A stretch of 64,000 nucleotides of DNA, from contig CM082584.2 of assembly GCA_040954595.2 (NCBI GenBank), forward strand, positions 3,350,010-3,414,009, in the 5' to 3' direction. Numbering within the stretch: the first letter of the stretch is position 1; each line of letters begins with the position of its first letter. The position numbers and the translations under genes are program-made. The notes beneath the pieces are model-generated. The model was not told where the DNA came from, did no database searches, and saw only the letters and a program-made list of their open reading frames with translations. The DNA is from Balanoglossus misakiensis (taxonomy: Eukaryota > Animalia > Hemichordata). Of this stretch, positions 26,901 to 38,204 are shown one piece after another.

Positions 26901-29768
26901 ACTCACAGGAAAACAAATAATTAAACACTTACAAAATTGTCTCGCTCCATTTCCACATTTATATCAGAATTGGTCTGATTTTCATCAGATACAGCAGTAG
27001 CTGTAATATAATCATTCCTGAAAGAAAGAAGATGGTCCTCTTTTCAGTGTCATATTCTCTATGTTATTATTATATTATATGTAGAAACGTCCATAAGATT
27101 ATATGTCACAGAAACAGACGACTAGAACTTGGGTGCTTCCATTGTGGCAAGAATTTTAAAAGAAATTCATTTGTGCCCACATATACAGATCTGATGGTTT
27201 ATATGTTAAAAGTTAAAACGGTGTAATCTAATATTGGATGAATATCCTGACTGTACATAGCGTATTTACCCTATTAGTAACGCATGCTCTTTCGAAATGG
27301 CAGAGGTTTGTTTATGGTCAAAACAAGTCTTGTTTTAATAAGTCAGTATACAATAAATGCCACTGTTGGCTTACATGTACTTGGATTTTAGATGCGCTTC
27401 TAACGGAGCAAATACGGCATACTTAAAGGGAGTAGATCGTCACATACGCATGGATTCACTGTAGCCTCTGGTTACGGCAGGTAAACATTCAATCCCATAA
27501 TTCCGTACGAATATCAAACTCTATAAAATGGCCACCAAACTACTCGCTAAAACTAGTAAAAGCCTTACTTGGGTATTCTTACACTGTTTGGAATGAAAAA
27601 TAACTAAATATGACCACCATTCAAATTCCGAATTTGCAGCACAAATTTCAGTGAGAGAAGCCTGTGTACCGCACGATGTATTCACACACCAATCGCCATT
27701 ACCAAGCACACCTGATTCATACGGGACAACGAAGCGCCCCAAAACGCCTCACAACTTGTACAATGGCCCCTTTTTGAACTTTATGCGAGGAAGACGCAGC
27801 CATCTTGAATCTCGCTCACACACTAGCTATACAGTGCATTATGGGTAAAAATCATGTTTATCAACAAAGGATAAAAATAGGAAAATCTACCCCCCTTCAA
27901 CCTATTTAATTTTACTGTACTACACACTATATTTTAGACTACACTAACAAATGAGTATAATCCCAGTTATAATGCAAAAAGTTAGTTCAGTGAATTAGCA
28001 TGAACTGAAATTGCTCAGGTGTTGCAATGATATTGCACCATCTGGACAATGTTGATTGTCATTATATTTACAACTGTTCTTGTATTTACATTTTCTGATG
28101 GAATAAATTTCATTCATCATATGCAAATTAAATGGCAACATAACCAAATCAAATAAGATTATGTATTTTATTATGATGCCATGGGAACATGCACAGAAAG
28201 TGAAAGGCCAGAAACTGGCTCAAGTCAGCAGGTCACAGGAATTTGAAATTGTTGTTGTTGAAAGAAATATACAGGCCAAAACAAAATTATGCTGGAGGTT
28301 CCTGACTTCTGCCTGACTTCAGGAGCATAGCTGTATCAATGTGCCAAATGTAATTGAAAATGGTATTAATACTTACACATGTACCGGTACATGATCAGCA
28401 ACCTCACTCATAGATTCAACAGCTGCCTATAAAATGAAATAATATTGGAAGTAAGCTACATATCATAAACTATGTATGTACAGTGTATTATCACAAGCAC
28501 CAAAACTGACCAAAATGTTCACCAAAAACTAGATGCTAGCATATACATGCATGTATCCCCCAACCCATTGCTCATTTGCATATATCAGAATATGAATCCA
28601 GAGCAGATGCTTTTGGGTAAATATTGGTAAATACTGACTTACAAAGACAACATTAATTCTAACATGTTGGTTATGTTCATCCCTACAATACAAACATGAA
28701 TGAACACAACAAAATAGTTTGAGAGAATGAGTTGTTTTCACCAAAAATACACGAGTATTCCAAATTTTCTTTTCTCATTGCTCACAGTTGCAATTTCTTT
28801 CTTGATGATAACGAGTTATCAATCGTTTTTTCACAAAATGTTCATAGTCCCCCCCCCTCCACCCACCCAGATTTTCAAATTAGAAAAAAACATACATAAA
28901 TAAATATTAAATAATTTCTAAAATACTGTTATATGTTCACACTTACCCCTACATCTTCATCTGAATCAGATAAACATTTACATGTCCACATGTGATCACG
29001 TAATTCCCGTACATCAATAAGTTGATTGCACCCCTGGCACTTTTCTGTAACACTTGACGAAATTCCAATGGATGATATTGGCTTTGTTGACAGGTTTCGT
29101 TGTATAGGCCTCAAATAAATCTTAGACTGTGAGCCTAAATTAGCCTTCAGATCAGGTATTGACCAGTCACAGCTTATTACAGACAGATTACGTGAGTTAG
29201 GTTGACACTGCAGTAGTTCAAATCCACCGGCATCTTTCAATTGAGAATATCCAGCCATATCATTGTCATCATCTTTCGCAGATGACAAGGTATCCAAGAA
29301 CTCCCCCTGAGAACACGAAGCATCAAATTTGATCTTTTTTGGCCCTAACCCAGCACGATGTAAAACTTGACGTTCGGCAGATGTTGGAACTTTAAAGGCA
29401 TGCCTGTCCGACAAACAAACAAAATTTCCTGTCCATGTACGCTTCGGTTGATTGACCGTGCCACTCCGGCGCGTGCCTGTCCTAGGTCTACATCCCCTTG
29501 GTGCCATTCTCGGGTTAAAAAGCACACTTCTTTCTTCTCGAACAGCGCTGGCCATACTGTCATTCCTGGTAGTAGACTCACCGGTTCCGATCGTACTTGT
29601 AGCCGTTTTACACAGGTCACGGATGCGAACGCGATCCCCCAATGTTGAAACTCCCAGTCTAGTTAATTCACCATCAGTCATGGAAAGAACCGTTGAAGGA
29701 TCCACTCGTTCGTCTAGGAAACGCTGTAAGAGCGCTGGAAGTTCGAGCTTAGTCAAGATACTTTCCAT
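23904..29768 (-). CDS. Transposon-borne SAM + C2HC zinc finger + HECT-like E3 ligase protein, about 640 aa; exons 29768-28947, 28426-28377, 27017-26933, 26567-26259, 26148-26016, 25329-25187, 24338-24161, 24106-23904
   Basis: GT-AG splicing gives a continuous frame; HECT motifs LEVDFYGE-RAKDYGGPRKEF, LKEGL, IPTSDTCINLLKLP, terminal HFGRV*; zinc finger CQGC..ELRDHMWTC. Confidence 0.8.
27427..27896. mobile_element. Possible Kolobok-like MITE inside an intron of the HECT-like gene
   Basis: TTAA-AGGGAGTAGAT ... ATCTACCCCCCT-TCAA; imperfect. Confidence 0.35.
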
Positions 29769-29879
29769 TCTGACTGGGTCAAACACTCAGATCACAAACA
29801 AATATGGCGCATGTTACGTATTTAAGTATGTTGCGCCCTCTTTGACAGAATTGCGGTTAGGCATAGCATATCATAATGA

Positions 29880-30525
29880 CATGTCCGCATAGTATAAAGC
29901 CAAACGCGCGCCGTATGTTGAACGGGCATAGTATCATGGTGAATGAGCGACGTATAATGATGTATGCACAGCGTATAATGATGTATGCACACTGTATAAA
30001 GATGTATGAGCGTCGTATAATGATGTATGGGCAATGTATAATGACGTATTCACAGCGTATAATGATGTATGCACATTGTATAAAGGTGTATGAGCGTCGT
30101 ATAATGATGTATGGGCAATGTATAATGATGTATGCACAGCGTATAATGATGTATGCACATTGTATAAAGGTGTATGAGCGTCGTATAATGATGTATGGGC
30201 AATGTATAATGATGTATTCACAGCGTATAATGATGTATGCACATTGTATAAAGGTGTATGAGCGTCGTATAATGATGTATGGGCAATGTATAATGATGTA
30301 TTCACAGCGTATAATGATGTATGCACATTGTATAAAGGTGTATGAGCGTCGTATAATGATGTATGGGCAATGTATAATGATGTATTCACAGCGTATAATG
30401 ATGTATGCACATTGTATAAAGGTGTATGAGCGTCGTATAATGATGTATGGGCAATGTATAATGATGTATGCACATTGTATAAATATGTATGAGCTTCGTA
30501 TAATGATGTATAAGCGTCGTATAAT
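29880..30525 (-). repeat. Right subterminal 21-bp tandem array (inverted relative to the left), with an 84-bp higher-order unit
   Basis: GTATAATGATGTATG core every 21 bp; a 4-unit block repeats about 6 times. Confidence 0.9.
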
Positions 30526-30806
30526 GGTAACAATGGACTTAAGACAGCCGTGGCTTTCCATAGATCGCGATTACTTGTTTGTTACTATATTTAGAAATCC
30601 CTAGTGCGCATGTCTGGCGCCATCTTGAAATTCGGAGAAACAAATCGGACAGCCATTGACACCGCGCAGTGTACCGTGTACCGTCGCCCCGGCTGGGTAA
30701 AATCTACCGTCGTTTTTTGCCCCTAAATTGCTTGTTTTTTTTAGTTACAATGGTAGCTACTAAGCACTGTTGTTACGGTGTTTGTAAAAATGACTCCAGA
30801 TACAGC

Positions 30807-31072
30807 TGTTGTATCGGCACTTTTCTCCCAGTGGGGACTAAATCTACCCACCAAGAAATGCAATAGCGCTGATACAAACGACAATCCGACGACCTAGAAA
30901 GATAAAAAAGCTACGGATACATGTGTAAACAATCTTGGGTCTTCGGGGTCAGGTGTCGTTCTGCCGGAACGTTGCTTTCATCTGGGACCTATGCAGGGAT
31001 TCGCCTGTGACCTCTAAGGTCACAGGCCTTCTTAATATATGCATTGGGGGTGTCAGACACCCTGATACAACA
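30807..31072 (-). repeat. 3' LTR
   Basis: 266 bp; differs from the other LTR by 4 substitutions and one 3-bp indel on my reading. Confidence 0.92.
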
Positions 31073-31334
31073 CTCTCCCCCATCATATTTTTACAGAAGT
31101 TGGACGGGGGAGGACAATGAAATGAGGGCAACTTCTTAATAGCCTGGGAGCTGGCTCATTTTAAAGAAATGCAACAATTTGGGCAAACCAAACAGAAATG
31201 GGGTTAGACCAGTACAATTAACCAATTCCGTGTTCTCCAGCACCTAAATTAATCTGCTGAGATCATATGTTTGTGAGTTGGCTGGCGCGCTCGTCAGTGA
31301 CGACCGATGAAATACACCCATTGAGTGCTGAGTA

Positions 31335-33918
31335 TCAGCATTGGGGGGTCAACCCTAGGCCAGTTGGGTTGACCCCCTCTAGTTTAAAGAGTCTTCGCCC
31401 GGCCTCTGTTTGACCGCCTTCGGGACAGTCTCTCTTGAAATGCCCCACCCCACCACTCTGGAAACAGTTGTCCCCTAGGGAAGGCTGGCTCATGGGAGAG
31501 CGTGACCCAGGGCGATCCCTCTCCCAAAGTATGCTGTCCAGTCTAGATGTAAGCCTAGACAAATATTCCTCTAGAAGAAACAGTTGTTTCTCTAATCTCT
31601 TCGTTGCGGGCTGGGGAAATGGTAGTTGCCCGTACTATCGTATCGTATTCAGAATCTGAGTCTGAGTTGATCTCCGGGCTGACCTGTCTCACACTCCCCT
31701 TTGGTGTATCCATGGCAAGGCAGGTGTATTTATAAACTTTCACCTTGTTCATGGCTTCCTCCATGCTCATCGGTGCACTGAGGAGTGCATACAGGCCTGC
31801 CTTTGTGTCAATGCTGCCTAGACAAAATTGTCGGACCGCCTGTTGTTCGATGTATGCTGTTGGTAGGCCCGCGTGCGCACGCGTTGCTAGCGTTCTTATT
31901 CGATCGGCCCATCTCTCTATTGGTTTGTCCAGATCCTGGTTTGTCCGGGGGAAACGGAGGCCCGCCGTTTGTGCCAATTCTTGACACCCGAATCTTGCCT
32001 CTAATTTCATCAAGAGATCAGTATAGCTGATGTCTTTGTCTCGCTCTATTAACTCGGTCAGGAAGATTCCGGCATCTCCATTTAAGCACAGACAAAGCTG
32101 CCTCCTTCTTTCCTCAGTTGTCCACTCTCTGTCTTCTAGCTGCGAAGATGTTAAATCGCATGAGGAAAGATTTCCAGTACTCCGAGCCCGTATAACTCAA
32201 TGAAGATGGTATGCGCACTGTGTCTGGCTTCCTTCATGGCGGACCGTCCAGAGCGATGTCTGTTGATGGTGGCTGGCCGCCATGCTGCAGGAGTGCAGCG
32301 TTCTTCTGAGGCAATGGATGCCTCGCAGACTGAACCCGCATCATTGCAGCTGATGGACTGCCACCCAGTAGGGGCATAGATGGATCGATGCAGCGCTCAT
32401 CTGCGGCTGATGGAAGCCCGCAGACGTGACCCGCACATCACCAAAGTACGTACATCCCGGTAGGTGGTGGTGGTTGAAAGAGCGCGGAACGTGCAGTGTT
32501 TGTCTGTACTGGATTACTGATGGAACCTGTGCCTGCTCCGCGTATATCGCTGGTCCTATTGATGGTGGTTGGCCTGCCAGTTCGCTTGGGTTGGTGACTG
32601 GTAGGTTTCTTTGAGTGGTTATTTCTCTGGGGCGCATCACCGGTGGAGGTGTTTGGTCCCCTTTAACAATGTTCGCTGCTGGTGGCGAAGTGTTCGTCTG
32701 TGTCACGGGTGTTTGTGGCATTACTGGTGGCGCGACGTTCGCTGATATCACGGGCGATGGTGGCACTGCTGGTGGCGCAGTGTCTGCCGGTGTCACGGGT
32801 GATGGTGGCGCTGTTGTTGGCACAATGTTTGTCGACGTATCACAAGTGTTGATGGCCCTGTCGGTTGCGCAGCGTTCGCCGGTGTCACGGGTGGTGGCGC
32901 TGGCTGAACCTGCAGCTTCGCAATACTCGCTGGCGGGACACTTGGTGGTGGTGGAGTAGGAGGTACCCCGTAGTATGGTGTATGTGGGTACCCCGGTTGA
33001 TAGCTTGCCGGTGGCATTGGTGGCTGGTACTGTGAACTGTATGGTGGGTAGTAACTGTATGGCCCTGGCACATATGGAGAGTAGGCCGCCATAGGATATG
33101 AGTAGCCTGGTAAGAATTGGGGGTACCCAGGTGGCACTGGGGGTGGCTGTGCAGGTATTGGTGGTGGTACCTGCTGTTGTTGTCCGGGGTGTAATGAATA
33201 TGTTTGCCCGTATGGCCCGCTTAAATTCACAGGTTGTGGCATTGGTGGCGCCGGCAACTGTGACATGCTGGTGCCAATAATTACCGGGTGGCCCTACACT
33301 TGGCGTTTGCAAAACCAGTTGGGGTGTGCTTGGCGTTGAATGTGCACAGGTCTCTAGTGGTACAGTCGGCATAGCGGTGGTCGCAATCAACATTTGTGTA
33401 GTAGGCTGCGCTGCGCACGAAACCGTGACTGGTTGATTAGTTACCGGCACTCGCATTGGTGCTGTTGTTGTAGCTGCTTGTGCATTTGCAACGTCCCCCT
33501 GGTTCATGTGAAGGGCTGGATGTAGCGCAGCGTATTGGTCCGCCGTGTTAATAACGCGATCCTGAGCTGGCTCATCATTTGAGTCAGTCACTTCGCTGGC
33601 TGTCGGTTCTTGCTGCTGGGTTGGGGATCCCGGGTCTCCTGTGACCGAAGTGCTATCCCCATTATCGGGGGCACTCAAGTCCACTGGGGTCCCTGGTCTC
33701 TCCTCCTCCCCAACGGCTGGATTTTCTATTGCAGTGAAATCCACTCTCTGCATAAAATTCTCACTTATCTCTACATTCGGTATTGTGCGGATGAGATCCA
33801 AAGTCAAATTGGGGTGCGTTTCACGCAGCTCAAGGATGGCATTGGCTGACCTTGCACCAATACGACGTATGGAGCACAGCTCTTCGTACGTGCACGTGTT
33901 TATGAACACCTTGCTCAT
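31335..33918 (-). pseudogene. Frameshifted gag: N-terminal HhH, Pro/Tyr-rich region, capsid-like region, degenerate CCHC knuckle
   Basis: MSKVFINTCTYEELCSIRRIGARSANAILELRE (HhH); LEARFG..WADRIRTLATRA..AVRQFCLG (Gag CA-like); CFQSGGVGHFKRDC; spread over several frames. Confidence 0.75.
31344..31388 (-). promoter_or_regulatory. Putative -1 ribosomal frameshift signal (TTTAAAC plus hairpin)
   Basis: Minus strand TTTAAAC-TAGA-GGGGGTCAACCC-N10-GGGTTGACCCCC just after the zinc knuckle. Confidence 0.65.
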
Positions 33919-34747
33919 CCTTAAAAATTTAGTAAACAATGCCCAAAAGGAGAATAACCCTGTTCCCAAATGTGGAGACAATTTTACGTTTATTCCCTAC
34001 CCCAATAAAATACTTTATTCCCAAAAAGTTTAATTATAAGGGGCCCTATGGCACCTCACAATGAACACCATTAACTAACAGCGCCCTGTGGTACACTTTG
34101 TGGATACAAATCCACCTTTATTCCCTATCCCAATGACTTCTTAATTCCCACAAAGCTTAGCTGTACTAATAATGCACCCTTCCCCAGTCAAGATTTTACT
34201 CCCAAAAATTAAATCCCCGGTGCAGGGTGTACGAAGCCTTGTGAGCACGTCACCGTGAATAGCGACTGCTCAAACAGGGAGTACACTATCACTGCACTCC
34301 GGAGACAAAGCTTGAATGGAAAATCCCTCAGAAGACACACAAAAGCCAAACAGTGTAGAAAATTAAACCCTTGTTTAATTTTCTACACTCAGAAAAGCAA
34401 GATCGCCGAAAACTTGGTGTGTTTTTCGCGCGTGCTACTGTACTGGTATCGCCGTACGAGCGCGCGCGTACGTCCGGACGGCCTCAGGCTTCGACCAAAA
34501 TTGCCCACAAAAACACAAAAATACCCCTTAAAAACTAGTAAAGAACACTGGTAAACACAGCTTGAATTTTGGACGCAAAATGTTCTCTCAGACTTCCAAT
34601 ATCCTAGGAAGCTAAGAGAAAAGTCGTCGCGCAAGATAATTTTCTCGCACGACAGCGACGATGGCCGCCTATGAGAGAAATTCCGTTAGCGAAATTTCAA
34701 CGAAACCCCGCTGAAAATCGTCCGAAAAATCTGATCGGCAGCGCCAA

Positions 34748-35016
34748 TGTTGTATCGGCACTTTTCTCCCTGCAGTGGGGACTAAATCTACCCACCAAGA
34801 AATGCAATAGCGCTGATACAAACGACAATCCGACGACCTAGAAAGATAAAAAAGCTACGGATACATGTGTAAACAATCTTGGGTCTTCGGGGTCAGGTGT
34901 CGTTCTGCCGGAAAGTTGCTTTCATCCGGGACCTATGCAGGGATTCGCCTGTGACCTCTAAGGTCACAGGCCTTCTTAATATATGCATTGGGGGTGTCAG
35001 ACCCCCTGATACTACA
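34748..35016 (-). repeat. 5' LTR
   Basis: 269 bp, direct repeat of 30807-31072. Confidence 0.92.
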
Positions 35017-35479
35017 CAGCGATCGTATGAAAAACGTCTTTTTTATATCATTTCCAAAACCATCTCGAGACTTGCAAAAGTGCAGACGATGGGTTCAGTC
35101 CTGCAGACGACAGAATTTCGGAATCGAAAACGTGACGAAAGATACGTATATTTGTTCGTTACACTTTGTTGGCGGAAATGGTCCCACAGATGACAATCCG
35201 GATCCAATTCCGGCCACATTTACCCCTGAACAGGTAAGTGCAGAGTTGCGATTGACATCTGTGTTTGTAATATGTAAACATTTGTATGGCGTCAAAATTT
35301 GCCTTCCATCCTTTGTAGGCAGAGAAATTGTCCCGAAAACGAAAGCCACCGACACCAAGGATTGAGGGCTGCAGAAGCAGAAAGAAGTTAAAGTATGACA
35401 GAGAAGAGGCTGAGGCTCTTCTGCAACTCTCATCAGGTTTGTTTTCTACTACTGTACTGCAGCGGTGCTCAAAATCGAC

Positions 35480-36249
35480 GAAAGTGGTTAATGTGCGGGT
35501 TGCGGGTTAACAATGAATAAAAATAAAATCAGAATCCAAAAATCGCAGCGATAATGTCTCTGTGTCACGATGTGGGTGTGAAATGATCTGATAATGCTGA
35601 TATGATCCGATCATGGACGTTTACCATGCAGTAAACGTTGTACTAACCGTGGATCGGAACAAAATTTTGTACAGTTTTATAGCCTTTTACCTAGGTAAAT
35701 ACACTTCGACACATCATATTTCACACTTTTTTATTTGTATACATACGTTGTTCTGTGATTGCCCTAACGCAGCTGTACCGTTGGGGGTGGGGGCTGATTA
35801 CTCCCACGGACAGCTAGCTGGGGGCCAACCCCATTCTAATTGTGTAGTTGCAACGACCCGACTTGTGTAAGAACATTTGAACGGCAACAGAAAGCAAAGT
35901 GAGCGTAATTCAATAAAACGACCTATACAAGCCTGAACTCTGATTATTTATGGTCCCAAAACTCCTTTCGTGAAAAACTCACTGGACTGTTTACGTATTT
36001 CAATTCAGGGAGCACTACCCGCTGGAAGTGTCTGGGATTATGCTAATGAGACCTCGCACACAGTAGTGAGTGTGAGGGTCAAAGTCCGCTGCCGGAGTTG
36101 TGGCGCAAATTGTGTAAATTGAACTTCAGGGAAGCAATCATTTGATCGTTTCTTTTGACATATAACATTATGATTCTTTTATTATCAAAACATAACCATA
36201 TTTTACAACCCGCAATCGGCAGCCCGCAACCCGCATTTTAACGCTTCCC
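35480..36249 (+). mobile_element. Non-autonomous MULE-like TIR element, copy 2 (right boundary of the putative composite)
   Basis: GAAAGTGGTTAATGTGCGGG ... CCCGCATTTTAACGCTTCCC followed by GGCGGGGAG (36250-36258). Confidence 0.75.
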
Positions 36250-38204
36250 GGCGGGGAGGCATGAATTGCAATTAAGATAATAAAGAAATTGCGACAATGA
36301 TACTGTGTTGTGTGAGTTATTACATGTGTTTCTATATATAACTTATACTCTTACTTCTGACAGTTCAGCCAATCAGGCGATGATCAAAATCCTGACATCG
36401 GCCATTTTGTTTTACAAAGCTTTCAATAGCATTTCCCCAGACCCTTTTCTGGAGAGCATGGGAAGAAGCAAAGGCGTCTGGGTAACCGAGACTAGGGATT
36501 GCCTGGTTAACATTCAGTGCTTTCTGGCCTAAAACACTACAATAAGAACTGAAGAAAACAACGGGAGCCCCTAGGCAGGTCGAAACCACGTTGACTCGAA
36601 GTACAGGGGCGTACGACACCCCCTGCCCAATTCTCCAAAGTAAAGGTAACGATCGAAAGAATAACAAAACGCCACGAAATATACATAAATCGCGTCAAGG
36701 ACACAGTGGTCCCTTTGTGTGATTACACACACAAGAAAAAGTCTACACCGGAGTACATGGCCATATACAGACAGACAGACAGACACACACACACATACAT
36801 AGCGAGAGATCAATGGGCAAACACTGACTGACCCATAAGCTGCCAATGGCATATGTACTATCTACACTGCGTAGTGATTGGTTGAGTGAATATGAATATT
36901 CATAAGATACATATATATAATTGGAGTGCGCATACACCCAGGTGTCACATCACATCGAACGGTGCACGGAAAACTAGAGAGCAGACCCTACTCCTCGCGG
37001 TACAGCATGCAGTCTACTTCACAACCTGTAGTGCAGTCTACTTCACAACCTGTAGTGCGGGGTACTTCATAACTACAAGCACAGCAGCCAAAACCTCTGC
37101 AAAAGGATGGTAACCAACTACCAATTAGACGTGTGAGTGTACCAAGCGGTGTAATGGGTTCTGTGTCGGGTTCTACCTCTCAGGCAACTTTGCCTACCCA
37201 GGCTGCTGAGTTGAGACCACCACCTCAAAACAAGGTGGTAAGTTGTTTTTCTGTGCTTTCAGTGCGATATTTATTCATACGAATTTTGTCATAGTGTACT
37301 TCAAGTTGAGTATGAAGATTTGGAAAAAGCGGTTTGGTTAGCTTTTGTACATGTGTGTTTTGTACAAAAATTATGCAATAATTTACGGTAAGTATTTGAA
37401 AGGAAATCTGTGACGAGTTTATGACTTGTGAATAGGTGATTACACAGGTGTGTACGTTTTCTGTATTGAAGTGGTTTGGATTCTCCCTTGATGTGCCGAA
37501 TAATTTTCTCAATTGGCCAAAAATTTGGAAGGTCAACATAACAACAGCCTTCCTCATTGCTTCAAATTCTGGCTTCAGGTTGTAAAGCCGAAACATAGCA
37601 TTGCTATGCGAATTTCGTAAATATAGTAGCTCTATAATACAACGAGAGGACCATTGCATCCACCGGTAGCACAAACATAATTGACATCTTGTCCTGAAAA
37701 TGGTGCTGTCTGACGATTTCCCTTTCCAGCGTACCAGTCAGACCAAGTTAGCACCTGGCCGGTCTGGCTTACCTTTTCGTATTTTACTGTTGGGTTCAAT
37801 AGAGAGAACGATCAAGAGAATTAACAAATGGACTGCAGCCCTTCATGCGCGTCAATTTAGTTTAATGAGGACAAACCAGGATTTCACATGTATTTTAGAT
37901 TTTATTTTATTTGAATTACTATTGCTTCACCCTTATCTCGTCCCCCATTTAATTTTTAATGTACTTACCATTATTTTGTTAACTTAAATGTTTTTGATCT
38001 AAGAAAGGGACGTATACGTAATTACCATACATTATTTATTGCTACGCTCTCTGACATTGGGGCAAGAAGCAGATGTGTGTGCTGTATTCAACTGCAGACA
38101 TCCTGAAGCAAAACTCTGTGAACCCGTGGTGTTTACGAAAATAACATGTAATTAGATCAAGGCTTGATAAGAAAGATGACATTAAAATATCTAATAGACA
38201 AATA

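Larger units (their letters stand above)
20947..30562. mobile_element. Complete IS3EU-type DNA transposon (9616 bp)
   Basis: TIR TATGGAAAGCCAC(A/G)GCTGTCTTAAGTCCATTGTTACCATTATACGACGCT at both ends; 6-bp TSD GATCGC (20941-20946, 30563-30568); integrase-like DDE gene plus a second convergent gene. TAY..RTA ends with a 6-bp TSD fit IS3EU. Confidence 0.85.
30807..35016 (-). mobile_element. Non-autonomous Gypsy/Ty3-type LTR retrotransposon, gag only (4.2 kb)
   Basis: LTRs 30807-31072 and 34748-35016 with TG..CA ends, 4-bp TSD CAGC, PBS-like TGGCGCTGCCGATCAG next to the 5' LTR (minus strand), PPT GGGGGAGAG next to the 3' LTR; no RT or integrase. Confidence 0.9.
30750..35479 (+). pseudogene. THAP-domain gene (probably from a DNA transposon), split by an LTR element and truncated by MULE-like copy 2
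   Basis: Removing 30807-35016 and one CAGC restores MVATKHCCYGVCKNDSRYSDRMKNVFFISFPKP..CRRWVQSC..YICSLHFVGG..PDPIP (C2CH THAP); intron 35234-35318; next exon AEKLSRKRKPP.. Confidence 0.8.

Noticed and set aside
32341-33981. 546-aa ORF as an intact mucin-like gene
   Set aside because: It is the frameshifted gag inside the LTR element; the true frame changes partway through
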